From the NCBI RefSeq assembly GCF_035084215.1, contig NC_090325.1:105648001-105712000 (forward strand): 64,000 nucleotides of DNA, written 5' to 3'. Position numbers and translations under genes: made by a program. Source of the stretch: Heptranchias perlo (Eukaryota). Of the stretch, positions 39,763 to 51,454 are shown piece by piece; position 1 is the stretch's first letter, and the number at the start of each line of letters is the position of its first letter. Below the pieces are notes generated by a model. It was not told where the DNA came from, ran no database searches, and saw only the letters and a program-made list of their open reading frames with translations.

Positions 39763-41205
39763 GTATCCAGAGAACATCTCTCACACTTATGGAAACACAA
39801 ATTTACCAGTAAGATGGAAGCTTACAAGGCAACTATGAGATGTGCAATAAAGCTCTAAGTTTCAACATAATATCATTGCTTAAAAATTGGACTCAACTCT
39901 TTCATATCGGCCAGAACTGCTCTTGTGTTTTCTCTCCCTCTCCTGCCCCATTTCCCAACTTATTGTACTTCTCCAATTCCAATCCCATTTCTCCTGGATT
40001 CTGATCATTCCTTTTGACTTTCACCTTGCTTTGGAATCTCTGTGTCTTGCTCTTCCTTGGTCTTGATCACATTTACAACAGCTGTGATCTTATTGACTTT
40101 GGCACTGAGATCACCCATCCTGATCATAATCTCGCTCACCATTTCTAATTTCCTTCATTCCACTGTTCCTAATTTGTTTCGGTCTTGTCCTTGCCTTAGC
40201 ATTCTGTTGCTGATTTCCCTCATTCCTGTGTAGCATATATGCAGTCAAAGTGAGTCCATCCTGTCCCTGCTAGAACTCCGCTGTTCCAGATTTCCTTCAT
40301 TCCTACCCTGCTCTTATTGCATTGTCCCTAATTTCTCCTCATTGCTGCCCTGCTCAAACTCCTTTTGAGCACTCAATGTCTTGGTGCTTTTGCATTAAAA
40401 AATTTTCAAAGCTTCTAAGCGACATTACTGGCACATTGCAAAGGCATCGTGTCACCTTTAGATATTTGCTTATATATAATTCAAGCTAAATGTTTCAGGA
40501 GTTAAAATGGAGTTTGAGCATGTCAGAAGACATTAAAGGATTACAGTGTAAGTACTGAATTTCTGACAAATAGCTTATTGCAAGATAAGGAAGGGAGACA
40601 ATCTCACTAACTTTGATGGTTAATGAATAGAAAGGACTCTAAAGGGATTTTGGATTATTGCAAAACTACGAGCATTGTTCTGCAGGAGACAGTGGGGGTG
40701 AAACTGGTATGGCGCACGTTTTTTAGGTGCTACGCAGACACCAAAGTCCTGAAAATGGGGTCCAAGATGCAAACGCACACTTCCAACTGGAAGTGCGCAG
40801 GATGCCACCTTGGTAAAGGTGTTTGTGCGTGTGTACTTAATGACCACCGGCAGCATGTAAGTAGGGAGATTATGACATGGATCAGTCTGCAACGCTGGTG
40901 TGAAGGCAATGCTGCTTTTTTGGAAATCTGCACTCCAGCCAACGCCCAGTCTTAACCTCACACAGCTGAACAGGACTTAAAGTGCATGAAGAACCCCCCC
41001 CCATCAGTGCTATTTAAGGGGATCATGAAGTATTTACAGGTTAGTTGCTGGATTATTTCTTCTGGCTGCTGGTGCAATTGTATGTGTTTTTGGAGGTTTC
41101 TTCTACTTGGATAAAGTTTCAATACTCTACAGGGAGTGGTCTGGCTGGTTTTGCTGTACTCTTTGTGTCATTTAAAATATTGTGCAAAAAAAGCTGTTTC
41201 CAGAC

Positions 41206-42344
41206 ATGGGTGGCCTGGTAGGGCTTCCTCTGGGAATTGAACATGACTGGGAGCATGAAGAGAGGCCATGCAGAGCAGGACAAGCTGCTAGAAGAGGGAG
41301 GAAGAGGAGCTGGCCACTCAGCAGGAGGCCATATCCGTGGAGGGTCGTCAGGACCAATTCTCTTACCTCAATTTCAGCGATGACCAGTGCATCCAACGGC
41401 TACAGTTCACTAAAAAGGTCGTGACTGAAATTTGTCAACTGCTGCAGCCACAACTGCAGCCTCAGAGCAGAACAAAGACACCATTGCCTGTGGCTGTCAA
41501 GGTAACTGTGGCTCTTAATTTTTATGGGTCTGGCTCCTTTCAGGCTGCTGCTGGAGATATAAGCAACATCTCGCTGTTTGCAGTGCACTGCTGTATAAGG
41601 GAGGTCACTGAGGCTCTCTATACAACGAGAGACATATTCACCTCATTCCCTCGTTCCAGAAACAAGCAGCATGAGTGAGCATGAGGTTTTGCTCACATTG
41701 CAGGCTTCCCCAAGGTGCAGGGTGCCATTGACTGCACAAGTATTGCCTGCGTGATCCTCATCTGAACTCGGCCATATTCATGATAAAAAGGGAATCCACT
41801 CCCTCAATGTACAGCTGAGGAGCGTGAAAAGAGAAGGAGGAGGAGGAGGATGAGGAAAGAGAAGAAGTGTGCGACCACACGCAGCACATCATGCAGCTCA
41901 ATGCCCGCTATCCTGGCAGCAGTCATGATTCCTTCATTCTGCAGCAGTCCAACGTGCCACCTATATTTCAAATGTCCACACGTGGACAGCAGGCCTACAA
42001 CAAGAGCTATTCTGCCACAAGGAACATCATCGAGCACACCATAGGCATCCTCAAGCAACGCTTCCGCTGCCTGGACCGCTCTGGAGGAGCCCTGCAGTAC
42101 TCAGCTGAGTGGGCATCAAGATTTGTCATTGTATGCTGCACAACCTCGACATTATGAAGGAACAGCCCTTGTCACCGCTCATCAGGCGGGAACCTGAGGA
42201 GCATGAGAAGAGGAGGAGGAGGAGGAGGAGGAAAGAGAAGAAGTGCAACAGGATGTGGAGGAAGAAGCAGGGAGGCTACAAGGTAGACAGGCCCTGTGTG
42301 CCAGAACTCCACGTGATTAGCTGATTAATGAGCGATACCAGTAA
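41206..42344 (+). pseudogene. Harbinger DDE transposase (HARBI1-like putative nuclease), disrupted
   Basis: RRPYP; LPVAVKVTVALNFYGSGSFQAAAGD; GFPKVQGAIDCT; HSLNVQL/VCDH; ARYPGSSHDSFIL; TRNIIEHTIGILKQRFRCLDRSGGALQY; CMLHNL. Frameshifts, stops, a 49-bp insertion and loss of the GDxGY motif. Confidence 0.95.
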
Positions 42345-42541
42345 CCTCAACAACGCCTCCCCATTCACCAACAGTCCCACACTCCTTACCTTTCCTCTCT
42401 CACGTAACCATCAAATTGTCCTCCTTATGATTACACATTGCTTCCTCCCTCAGCTCATCGCAGAAATGAAAGCCACCACCAAATGCAAAGTCAAATCCAC
42501 ATTTATAAATTATCACATGAAATTATGCGAACAAAATGAGG

Positions 42542-44380
42542 CTATTCACCCTTGTGCATTCCCTTAGTGTCTGTCGTTCGTTTGCCTTTACCTTTCCTAG
42601 TGCTCCTACGAGGTGCTTCCCCAATGGCTGGAGCATGGGTGATGGAAGGCTGCTGACATTCAATGAGGAGAGTGCAGATGGCCTTGGAGGGCGACCTTGA
42701 GCAGCTCTGAGCCTAGAAGGCTCGGCTTCAGACTGCACCATCTCAACCTGGGCTCCTGCAGTCTGGGCTGGCTGGCTGACAGGCAAGGGCACTGGCGGAG
42801 TGGCAGGGGTGTGAGCAGGAATGCTGTCACCCTGTGAGAGGACAGCAGGGTCGACTTCCATGGAGCCACTGTCACTCTCCCGGGGTGGCGCCTCAGCAAT
42901 CCTGGTGATCTGCTGGAGAACAGAGTGCTCGATTGCTGTGACACCCTGGAAGCTCCTTTCATCAGCGGTACCCAGGGCCATGATGGCAGCAGTCTCAGCC
43001 TGTACCGCAGCAGTCAGATATTTGATGGAAGATGTTTTTTCTGCAATGGAAGCTGTGACATCGATCATCAGAAACTGTATTATGGTGGGTTCCACAGGTG
43101 TGCTGATGGAGGTGACCACCCGTTCCAGGTTGGAAAGGATGGGCTCCAAGCTCTGCGCAAAGCCCTGTGTCAAGTTGGAGCTGGACTCGTCAATAATCTT
43201 TGACATTGTGCACAGGCTTTCCAGTGCACCAAGCATTCTACTGTATATGCCCATCAGCCTTCTTCTGTAGCCTGGCCCATCAAAGTCCTCATCTGACTCC
43301 TCTGCAGCAGTACTAGTGTGTGACCTTGCCCTCCGGCGAGCTGGCACCTGCAGTATCTGTTCCCCCCACCCCGGCTCCTGCGCACTTGTACCCAGTGTTT
43401 CACCACAAGCAGATCCCTCCTCTATCCTAGCCTCTAAAGTACGTGCAGTGTCAGTCTCTGAGCTGGTGGCTGCGAGTTTAAGATCGAGTGACGGTGTGTC
43501 TTCATCATCACTGTCATCTTCCTCTGCCTCCTCTGACTGAGAATTTTCCGGTTCTTGGGTATCTGAAATGGCAAAGGGACAAGGGTTGGGTTGTGGTGCG
43601 GGAAGAGGAGAAAGTAAGAAATGTGTGCTTACACCATCTGCAGCACATCAGTCAGAAAAGATTGTGGGATGAGGGAGAAGTGGAAAGAGAAGGAGGATTA
43701 GGTATACAGAGACCCTCATCATCAATCCCTCCAGTGCCGCCAGTGGCCACGGCCTCAGCGATGGCCTTTCCGATGATGGCCAGCACTGTTTTCTCCGTGG
43801 GAGTTAAAACGTGTAGGCGGCCTGTTCTCCTCCAGTTCTTTCTTGCTGCCTACTGTTGTGAACCACCTTCTCCTGCAAGGAAGAGGGAAGTGTATCAGTG
43901 AGTGTCCTGGGATGTTTGGTTGATGTGGCTGTCATGGTTGAACTGTGAGTTGTGGGTGTGAGGCTTCCAACAGTGTTAAGTATGTGAGGGTGAGATAAAG
44001 CATATGATTTGAATAGTTGAGTACTGATTGAAAAAGATTGTTGGTATGTGGATGATGGGGGGTGTAGTGCATGGAGCAGTGGATGAGGCTAATGGTGCAG
44101 TTGGTGGGATATGCCATTTGAAACTTGAACACAGTCACCTTGACAAATGGTGTTAAATCACTGAACTTCTTCCTGCACTGCATCCATGTTCTTGGAGCTA
44201 TGCTCCTGGCATTGATCTCCTCCCCTACGTCCTCCCACTGCCTCTTGAGCATTTGTCTGGAGGGCCTCTTGCCCCTCCCCTGAGGATTCAGGATGCCCCT
44301 CCTTCTCTCTACCTCTTGACCAAGGTCTCCAGTGCACCATCAGAGACCCTTAGTGCATGCTCTCTTTCATATTCAGCCAT
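42542..44380 (-). pseudogene. Harbinger Myb/SANT-like (NAIF1-like) DNA-binding gene, 3 exons: 44380-44139, 43872-43714, 43562-42542
   Basis: Exon 1 LKRQWEDVGEEINARSIAPRTWMQCRKKFSDL..VK|gtgact; exon 2 ccttgcag|EKVVHNSRQQERTGG...LTPTEKTVLAIIG; exon 3 catttcag|acidic tract, helical region, basic PRRSTRKGKGKR tail. Splice phases are compatible; several frameshifts. Confidence 0.88.
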
Positions 44381-46554
44381 TCCTCATAGTACCAGATTCA
44401 GTTTACAAACAACTCCCACCACTTCATGCAGCCACAATGTATCTCCCCTTTAGGAGGTGTAGGTTGCCTTTAAGTAGTACTAGCCACTCGTGATATCGGA
44501 CCCCTGCTGATGCAGGCGGCCAATGAACAGCGCAGGTAGCATGCAGTAATCATGGAAATCAACAGGCAGCACCAATTTAACGTGCTGCCTGCAGCGCAAT
44601 GAACGGGCACAGGTTAACCACAGACCGCATTCCCTGCGCCCGTTTTCTGGGGTTATCCAATTTAACCTCCAGTAGCTTTCCGATTAAACACAAGTCCAGA
44701 GTATTGGATGCTTTTCTACTGATACTGTACAGTAGATGTACTGCAGCATATGTAATCTGACTTGAGACAAGTTCCTTTACAGTCCAAGTATGTCCCTGGC
44801 TGGCTGTGTGAACATTCAATCCTCCAGCAAAGGCAAGGCACAAGAATTACACATTGACATTTTTCTAGCAGCTACAGGATTCTCGGCCTTGATGTCTGGA
44901 GGAGGCAGGAGCATATGTATATCATTCCCAGAGTCGAGACTGAGAGTGAGAAGACCGCCACTGACAGCAAACAGAGGCTGTCAATACTGAGAGCACAGTG
45001 TTGAGCCAGCAAGACTAGAGGAATCAAAGTTAATGTATGAGGATCAGTGCAGTGCACACAATAACATGTCAAGCTGCAAGCACTGTCAACCAGCACATGT
45101 ACAGTTTCGAACATATCACACAAACATTAAAGAAACATATTAGAAATCTGTCTTTATGTTCCTCTGTTTTCTGGTATATAATACAGAGCAGAAATTTTGA
45201 AGTGATTCTATTTCAAATGACACACTCCAGATATAGAGGAAGGGAAGTAGTGAATAACATACAAGCTGCTAAGGCAGTCCAGCTTTCCCTGTGTTAAGGA
45301 TCAGTTTGAATTCTCAACTGTTTTTACACACACACCAAATGTTCAACAATTTCGTGTCAATACGACTTTGAAGAATTTACCAATTGCCTCTGCCACCAAT
45401 CTGTAAGTGGTGTTTATCCCCTATTTAGGTCTCCTCCTCCACATAAACACTATTGTAAGACTGAGATCAAAAGCACATGACCTACTCACAGGTCAATGCC
45501 ACTAAAACTCCACAGCCAGTCATAACGAGCAATTTACAGCACTTTAGGTTTTCAATTTGGTTTGATGCTCATCCCAAACTTCCATAAAACCCAATGTTCT
45601 CCTTCTAATATTCCAAATATTGTGCTTTGTTGAGGATTAAATAAGCATTTGACAACCATTAGGCTCTCTACCTTCATAATATTACTCCCAGTTTATGATA
45701 AACAATTTCATATTAAAAGAATTAGTGCCAATAAATAAATTCTGATATTCTCTTTTCTGTAAGAAGGATAAGTAATTTGGGGTGTAAATATCTTAAGGAG
45801 GATGCTTATTTTCTAAATTAAACAACATTCACAAAAAAAATCATTCTGTATTCAATATTATCCATTCTTTGTGACTCTAATTTTCAGCACACTGCTGTTA
45901 GTTTTGAACTTCTGTTCTTCTTCACTTCACATTCGCAGCAGTACCTGACACAAGTATTTGCAAGAACCAAACACAAGCAAGTTGTAAAAAGGACTGACCT
46001 TATAAAAACATAAAAATTGCACGAGAGAACTAGTTTAAGAAAGCAAGATAATTAAAAATTATTTTAACAAAGATGTTGCAACTTTAAAATTCATATAAAT
46101 CAAGGGAACCAGGAGTAATATGACATCCCCTGTAAGATTTCAATTCATAAAAATCCTTATTTTTAAATTAATTTATTGTTAAGTTGTTTAAATGGTACCC
46201 TGCCAACCAAAGGAGCTGCACTCAACCAGCTTCAGCACAATGTGCTTTAGCTGCAATAAAAAGATTGACATTTTACTGAGTTTGAATCAGATTTTAAAGT
46301 ATTTATTTGGAGGTGACTGATCTTATTACAAGTGATTACAAACAAAGTGAAACATTCCAGCTCCAAAAGAAACTCACCTAACCAAATAAAAAAAACACTA
46401 AAGACTGGAAAGTTTGTGTGTCTGGGCGACCAAGTATATCTGCCTATGTGCCTATCTGTGTCAAAAGGTGCGTGTATGTCCATGCATCCAAGTATGTATC
46501 TGTGCATATCCACATGTACGTGATTTTGGGTATACACATCTGTGTGCATTTAGA

Positions 46555-46991
46555 GAAACAAAGAAAGAACATGTATTTATATAGTGCCTTTTGTGATATC
46601 CAGAGGCACTTCACAGCCAATGAAGTGTAGTCACTGTTGTCATGAAAGCAAATACAGCAGCCAATTGCACACAACAAAGTCCCACAAACAGCAAAGAGAT
46701 AAATGAGCAGTTAGTCTGTTTTAGTGATTTTGGCTGAGGTACAGATATTGGCCAGGACATTGGAAGAACTCTGTTGCTAGTCTTCAAATAGCATCATGTG
46801 ATCTTTTACATCCACCTATAAGGGCAGACAGGAGTGCAGTTTAAAAGACAGTACCTCCAACAGTGCAGTATTCCCTCAGTACTGCATGAAGTGTCAATCT
46901 AGATTACATGCACAAGTCTCTGGAGTGAGGCTTAAACTCACAACCTTCTGGCTCAAAAACTAGAAGACTACCACTAAGCCAAGGCTGACAC
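46555..46991 (-). mobile_element. Full-length DeuSINE inserted in a degenerate (TG/TATG) repeat
   Basis: Head GTGTCAGCCTTGGCTTAGTGGTAG (minus strand), core, tail; TG/TA-rich repeats on both flanks. Confidence 0.85.
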
Positions 46992-47059
46992 CTATATACT
47001 TGTGTATGCATGTGTATCCAGGAGTGTATGCACATCTATGTCTGTACATACACACATGC

Positions 47060-47081
47060 GTGTGTGTGTGTGTGTGTGTGT
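47060..47081. repeat. (GT)n microsatellite
   Basis: Direct GT repeats. Confidence 0.9.
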
Positions 47082-47814
47082 TTATTTATTCTTGAATATA
47101 AGTACATAAGGAGGGAGAGACAAGTGAAAATATCAGACATTGCTAGAAGCCACCCAGAGATCGAACACCCACCTAGTAAATTTTGAGATTTGAAACTGTG
47201 CAGATGATACAGCCATGTCTGTAACTGCTGTAATGTTTAATTAGTTCTGAAGTACAGTGAAGAACATAAAGGGCCTAGGTCCACAGCAGTGTGCAGTGCA
47301 CATAACAATTCAAAATCACAATTTGACAATCTGGCTACACTTACCACCAGCACAATCTGGCAGATTAAACACGGCTATTTCAAATGTTATTACATTTCTT
47401 GCTGCCGGAAAGCTCAACATTAAAAGTACTCATTTTGTCAGACAGGTTGTGGTTACCTTTATACTGTGAAATTGCAGTGTTCTAATTTCCCACTAAGTAA
47501 CCTGATAGGAAAACTGGGATAGCTAACCGTCTCATCCAGTCTTTAAAGGATTTTCAGTCAAAAAAAAATTCATATCAGAACCTCAATCTAAATTGATAAC
47601 GGGAAACCAGACATTTATCCAAACTTACATCAATCATGAACAGAATTTAAGAACATTGAATTTAAATTAACTGTTCGTGCCTGACCAAGTTGTAAGACTC
47701 AAAATCCAGAATCCTTGAAGGGAATGTTGTTTTATCAAACCAATGAAACGGTGTTGCCTCTGTTATTGTATGTGTGAGAATTCAAAAAACCTGATCCTTC
47801 CTTGCTTAAAAAAG

Positions 47815-48195
47815 CAGTCGGGTATCGTACTGAACTATACAAACCGGGAGGTCCTGGGTTCAATCCATGATCTGTGTGGAGTTAGCGGATCTCACCCTGG
47901 CCATCAGTAGGATCCAATAGATCCCAGCACCTTTGTGCTAAAAGCCGGGGGGCGGAATCAGTCAACGATCTCGCAATGCCTGCTAAATGGTATAAATTTG
48001 GACATTGGCTGAGGATTGGATTAGATTCAACTGTGATGTCCCCCATGGTCAATTAGCCTACCTTAATTGATAATCAAGACTCACACATGAATCCTGTGCT
48101 GTGCTGCAGGGCTACCTTCACCCATAGAGACCATAGCCTAGTATGTGTAACTGCCTTCAGGAGAGGAGGGGAGATTAGGGGAAAGTAATAGAAAA
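47815..48195 (+). mobile_element. SINE family B copy (tRNA-like head)
   Basis: B-box-like GGGTTCAATCC, body GGATTAGATTCAACTGTGATG...CTCACACATGAA, 3' end CCTTCAGGAGAGGAGGGG. Confidence 0.7.
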
Positions 48196-49984
48196 ACTAT
48201 TTATATGGAAGCGACTGTTTTAGAAAACAGAGTTTCTCTTTACTACATATAAATATGGCCATACCTTTACAAACAAGACTGTTCTATTATGAGTGGAGGT
48301 CTAACATTATCTAGAAATAGAAAGTGTGTTTATATTTGCCAATTTGGCATATTTATAAACTCAAATGAAGATCCATTTCACGGAGAGCCTACTCTTTCGG
48401 ACCATTTCCTAAAACAAATTCCGTTAGTCCTTTGTTTTTGCCGGCTGCTCAATGTCCCTACCAAGTGCTGAAAGTTGCATGTTGAACAGGTGCACAATAT
48501 GCACAGCTTCCCTGCAATGACTGTTAGTGTAACTGTGTTGCCTCATATCTCAACAGCAATGATTATCTGAAATAAACCCTCTTCAACTGGCGATAAACAA
48601 CGTGGTCCAAATGTTAAGCCACTATAAACCGTGCACACCTGTAGTGCCCCGTAAACAATGGCACACTATAAAGTGGAAGCATTTACAAGGTCAAATTCTG
48701 GATCATCAGAAAACTGCAAAGGCCACAGCCCCCCTCGCTATTATCAGTGAGAGGTGCTGAGCTTTCTGAAATGCCTTCAATAAGTAAGCATGAGATGTAC
48801 ATTGTGTTATTTTATTCCAAAGGAAGGGGGAGGGGAGAAGGTATAGACTTGTCATTGTTATTTCCATCTCACTCTGTCAACACAGTAATAAATCAGTGAT
48901 GGATTTCATCCAAACTTAGAAGATAAGTTCAAAGGGATTTTACATTGAGTGACTTTGAGATTGAGATAGACCTGACTACGTCACTATATCTTACATTGTT
49001 TTTTATTTTTCAAAACATTTAATTACTGTTCTGACTTTAAAATGGTTTATGGTAATGCAATTAACTTCATTCTGGTGATACCTTAGCTTCATATGATGTC
49101 ACTATCCTATCTTGCAGCAGCCATTTTGAAGACAATTTCATCATGCCTGTTATTTAGATGTGTCAGAGTTACCCATTTTGTCTCAACTTATCGAATAATT
49201 CATCTTGCAGCATTCATTCACAAAATCAGATCACTGTGTTTATTATTTGTTTTGAATAAATTATTTTTCCCACCGAGTGAAGTCAGTTTTATTCAGCATA
49301 TCAGATAACCTTGAAAACAAGAGACATCCAATGAATTATTGATCAACAATGTGTAGAACTACAAGGTTTTAGTTCTAGGGATTTGTAGCTATGTTATTGA
49401 TCAAATTAATTAATGTTAGTCTACATAATACACTGATTTGTGCAATACTATCATGAATAATTCAGCCACTTCTCAGTTGAGTGTACTAAAATGCTTAATC
49501 AACTCAACAACTATAATAGTTAATTAAAATTCAATGTCCACTGAGCGCAATCAAGATTCTGAGGGCTAGAAATTGGGCCATGTAGCGTCCGTTGTTTTGG
49601 CGCCAAGCAGCCTCCTGAAGCGCCAAGATGCCGTCGTGGCTGCACACGCACATTTCCAGCGTGACATGCGCCAGACACCATCTTGGTATAGGTATTCGCG
49701 TATGCGCAAATACCGAATTCCAGCGGCATATAAAGTAAGGAGAAAATGGATACAATCAGTGTGCGACGCTGATTTAAAGTGACAGACACCATTTTGGAAC
49801 ATAACGCTCCACTCAATGTACAGTCTTAACCACGACCATCTGAACGTGTCTTAGAGTGCCTCGAGGAACCCCAACAGCATTATTTAAAGGGACCATGCAG
49901 GATTTACAGGTTAGTGGCTGGATTATTGCTTCTGGCTGCTGATGCATTTGTAACTGTTTTTGGAAGTTTCCTATACTTGAATAT

Positions 49985-50255
49985 TAGGACGCGGGGACAT
50001 AGCCTAACATTTAGAGCCAGGACTTACAGGAGTAAAGTTAGGAAATGCTTCTACACACAAAGGGTGGGAGAAGTTTGGAACACTCTTCTGCAGATGGCAG
50101 CTGATGCTAGCTCAATTGTGAATTCTAAATATGATATTGATAGATTTCTGTGAACCAAGGGTAATAAGGGATATGGGGCTAAGGCAGTTGTATGGAGTTA
50201 GATCACAGGTCCACCATGATCTCACTGAATGGTGGAATAGGCTCAAGGGGTTAAA
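49985..50255 (+). mobile_element. CR1 3' fragment inside the Harbinger derivative
   Basis: TRGHSLTFRARTYRSKVRKCFYTQRVGEVWNTL...DIDRFL; terminal microsatellite tail absent. Confidence 0.88.
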
Positions 50256-50753
50256 TGCCACTGCGACTTGCTGCCTCCTGTTATGCGCCATCCTCTCCTG
50301 CAAGAAAGCGGGACGTGCGTCTGGGTGATGTGCCTGTCATGGTTGAATAGCTGCCAGTGTGCGTGGCCTGTGAGTTGTGGGTGTGCAGCTTGCTACAGTG
50401 TAAGGGTGAGAGGAAACATCTGATTGGAAGAGTTGAGTACTGATGGAAAGAGTTTATTGGTATGTGGAGGATGGGGGTTGTAGTGTGTGGTGCAGTTGGT
50501 AGGAGACGCCACTTGACAGTTGACCTCACTCACCTTGACCACTCATGTCAAAGCATTGAACTTCTTCCTGCACTGCATCCATGTTCATGGTGCTGTGCGT
50601 CTGAATTGACTTCATCCGCCGCTGCCTCCCACTGCCTTTTGAGCATATGTCTAGAGGGCCTCTTGCCCCCCTGCGGATATAGGATATCCCTCCTCTGTCC
50701 ACCTCTTGCACCAAAGCCTCTAGTGCATCAGCAGAGAACCTTGGTGCACACAC
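50256..50753 (-). pseudogene. Myb/SANT gene remnant (exon 1 to 50534; exon 2 start 50297)
   Basis: APRFSADALEALVQEVDR...WMQCRKKF..VK|gtgagt; ttcttgcag|ERMAHNRRQQ, truncated at the CR1 junction. Confidence 0.85.
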
Positions 50754-51454
50754 TGTTGCAGGCCTGGTACAAACTCAGATTGGCAGATTGGTGAGGTCTA
50801 GCATGCAGATTGAAGGGTGTGGAATTTAATAGTGCGCAACCTTTATTCAATGTTTTAACATAACTCATCAGTTTGTAATCAGCTGCATCTGTGTTTTACG
50901 TGTGCGATGTCTGATCTCCGTTCAGACTCTGTGCAGAGAGCAGACTGTTATTTTTAGCAAATAACAGGTACCGGCTACCTTTAAGAGATTTTAAGAGACA
51001 TCCTCCCTTTAAGAGATTGGGGCTCCCCCTGTTGGTGGAAAGTGTGCATTTATTTCAATCATCATGTAAGGCATGGCTCTCAATGCTGTCTGAAGGTAAG
51101 TTCTGAGGCTGGACGAAGTTCTCGTCCTGCCTGCGCAGGGGCCATCGGGCACGGGTTAATAGCAGATCACGCTACCCACGTCCAATAATAGGCCTTATCC
51201 AATTTTTTCTTTCCCCCTTTCGATGTTTTTCTAAGAAAGATGGAAAGCAGATTCTTGACATCGGTACCAAAGATTTCAGCCTGATCCTATCGTCACTTTA
51301 AGATGCTGTCTGGGCAGGGCACATTTTGACAACAAGCTATCTCATTTCATCCATCATACTCCAGTCTTAGAAAGATCCAACTGGCCATTCTCTTTTAAAG
51401 ATCTCATATCTACTCTTCCCATTTATATATTTTAGATGATTTTTAGGGCAGAAT

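Larger units (their letters stand above)
40694..44670. mobile_element. PIF/Harbinger DNA transposon, near full length (3977 bp), decayed
   Basis: TIRs GGGGGTGAAACTGG / CCAATTTAACCTCC (11/14 match), perfect TSD AGT (40691-40693, 44671-44673), convergent transposase (+) and Myb/SANT (-) genes. Confidence 0.95.
49561..51217. mobile_element. Non-autonomous Harbinger derivative related to 40694-44670, carrying a CR1 fragment
   Basis: GGGCTAGAAATTGG / CCAATTTT...CCCCC ends; 49880-49980 aligns with 41011-41110; Myb exon 1, intron and exon 2 start on the minus strand. Confidence 0.87.

Noticed and set aside
42821-43901. Plus-strand ORFs of 149 and 137 aa
   Set aside because: Antisense shadows of the Myb gene exons.
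41206-44380. Domesticated HARBI1/NAIF1 genes
   Set aside because: The genes are enclosed by TIRs and a TSD and carry frameshifts and stops, so they are transposon copies.
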